From Octopus vulgaris (lineage: Eukaryota), in assembly GCA_951406725.2 (NCBI GenBank), contig OX597817.1:97464001-97528000 (forward strand): 64,000 nucleotides of DNA. The letters are read 5' to 3'. Position 1 is the stretch's first letter. Each line of letters begins with the position of its first letter. This document shows positions 62,840-64,000 of the stretch, piece after piece. The notes under the pieces are model-generated. The model was not told the DNA's origin. It ran no database searches and saw nothing but the letters and a program-made list of their open reading frames with translations. Made by a program: the position numbers and the translations under genes.

Positions 62840-63045
62840 CAGTGAGCTGGCAGAATCTTTAGAATATCAGACAAAATACTTAGTGGTATTTCATCTGTTT
62901 TAATGTTCTGAATTCAAATTACACCGAAGTTGACTTTGCCTTTAATCCTTTCAGGGACAATAAATTAAGTACCAGTCAAGCACTGGGATTGATATAATTG
63001 TCTAGCACCCTCCTCCAAAACTTCTGGTCTTATGCCTTAAACTAG
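62840..63045 (+). mobile_element. Degenerate tRNA-derived SINE (third family)
   Basis: GAGCTGGCAGAATC...TTCAAATT...GACTTTGCCTTTAATCCTTT motif recurring near 58250-58430, 62460-62600 and 63380-63520. Confidence 0.65.
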
Positions 63046-63059
63046 TACATACTAATTTA

Positions 63060-63255
63060 ATTAGCAGGAAATTTATCTTGAAGGTTGGTGACAAGTCTCT
63101 TCAGATCTCAAGAATCTCTCTGAGGATTTTTGCAGAATATATCTCAATTCCAATCTCTTTCAGTCTCTTAGGCAACATTTTGAGTATTGTACCAAATGTA
63201 ACAATTACTGCAGAAATAATTGTCTGTCTTCCACAGTCTCTTCAGCTCTCTGACT
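63060..63255 (-). mobile_element. 3' end of a second RLE-type (R4/Dong-like) element
   Basis: VIVTFGTI..LPKRLKEIG...AKILREILEI resembles the RLE C-terminus; adjacent TAA repeats. Confidence 0.45.
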
Positions 63256-64000
63256 ACATATTTATTATTATCATTATTATTATTATTTACAGCATTAGGT
63301 TGGCAGAATCTTTACAACATGCCTTGCAATATTTCTTTCAATAGTTATTATTATTATTATTATTATTGTTATTGTATCTAATAAAAGCACAAGGCAACAA
63401 ATTAAAGAGAATAGTAAAGAGAATTAGATCAAACTCTACAGGTTACTTTAAATGATCAACCTCTGAAGAATGAAAGGTAAAGTCAAGTATGGCATGATTC
63501 AAACACAGAATGATGCTCTACTGATTCTACAAAGAAAAAAAGAAGACAAATGATAATAATAATAATAATGGTTTCTAATTCAAGAACAAGCCAACAATTT
63601 TCAGTGTAAGGAGTACTATATTTTATCAGTATTCCAAAAGTTGACCTTTGAAACCAGAATGTACAAGATAATTAATCTGGAGTTGTATCACTCTGATGAC
63701 CACTTTTTTTATATATTATTAACAATAATTACAATAACCTTAGAAATACATTTTGTAGAGTACCACAAGTGTAACATACATATGCAGTAGACAGAAAATA
63801 GCACTACTAGTTACTGTGTACATATGTACAGTATTTTCAATACAATAGAAAGTACAGAAACTAAATACTACACAAGCCATCAGAGCTGAGCAGTGAAGCA
63901 TGCAGTGAATACAAGGCACTCAAGCTACATTTGAGGATTTTTTTGTCTTCCTTCTTCAGGAACAGCTTGATGTATTAGTAAACAGTCAACAGCATTGGAG

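Noticed and set aside
63860-64000. Intronic C/D snoRNA or a further UFL1 exon
   Set aside because: A CTGA is present but no convincing C box or terminal stem, and no UFL1-like peptide with splice sites

Overview
Eukaryotic, AT-rich, microsatellite- and transposon-saturated genomic DNA. The repeat families look like those of an octopus/coleoid cephalopod (inference). The window lies inside one host gene on the minus strand: UFL1 (E3 UFM1-protein ligase 1). Ten GT-AG exons (60012-59954, 58134-57991, 49145-48970, 46420-46250, 45609-45504, 43139-42878, 41039-40873, 32604-32474, 15514-15434, 15095-15004) splice with compatible phases into a 1389-nt stop-free frame; the first and last exons were not found in the window. 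The introns hold a dense, nested, mostly decayed mobilome: RTE, CR1/L2-group and R4/Dong LINEs, SINEs, several Penelope-like element (PLE) fragments with two degenerate hammerhead ribozymes, two Gypsy-type LTR elements plus a solo LTR, Tc1, mariner, maT-like, piggyBac, Merlin, hAT-like and Helitron remnants, MITE/foldback hairpins and a degenerate ~41-bp tandem array. Most notable: a complete Gmr1-like LTR retrotransposon (integrase upstream of RT) sharing an ATAC target-site duplication and a terminus with an independent solo LTR; a PLE pseudo-LTR combining a tRNA-like Pol III head with a hammerhead; and a LINE/SINE pair sharing a 3' stem-loop. No prokaryotic-type system (CRISPR etc.) is supported.
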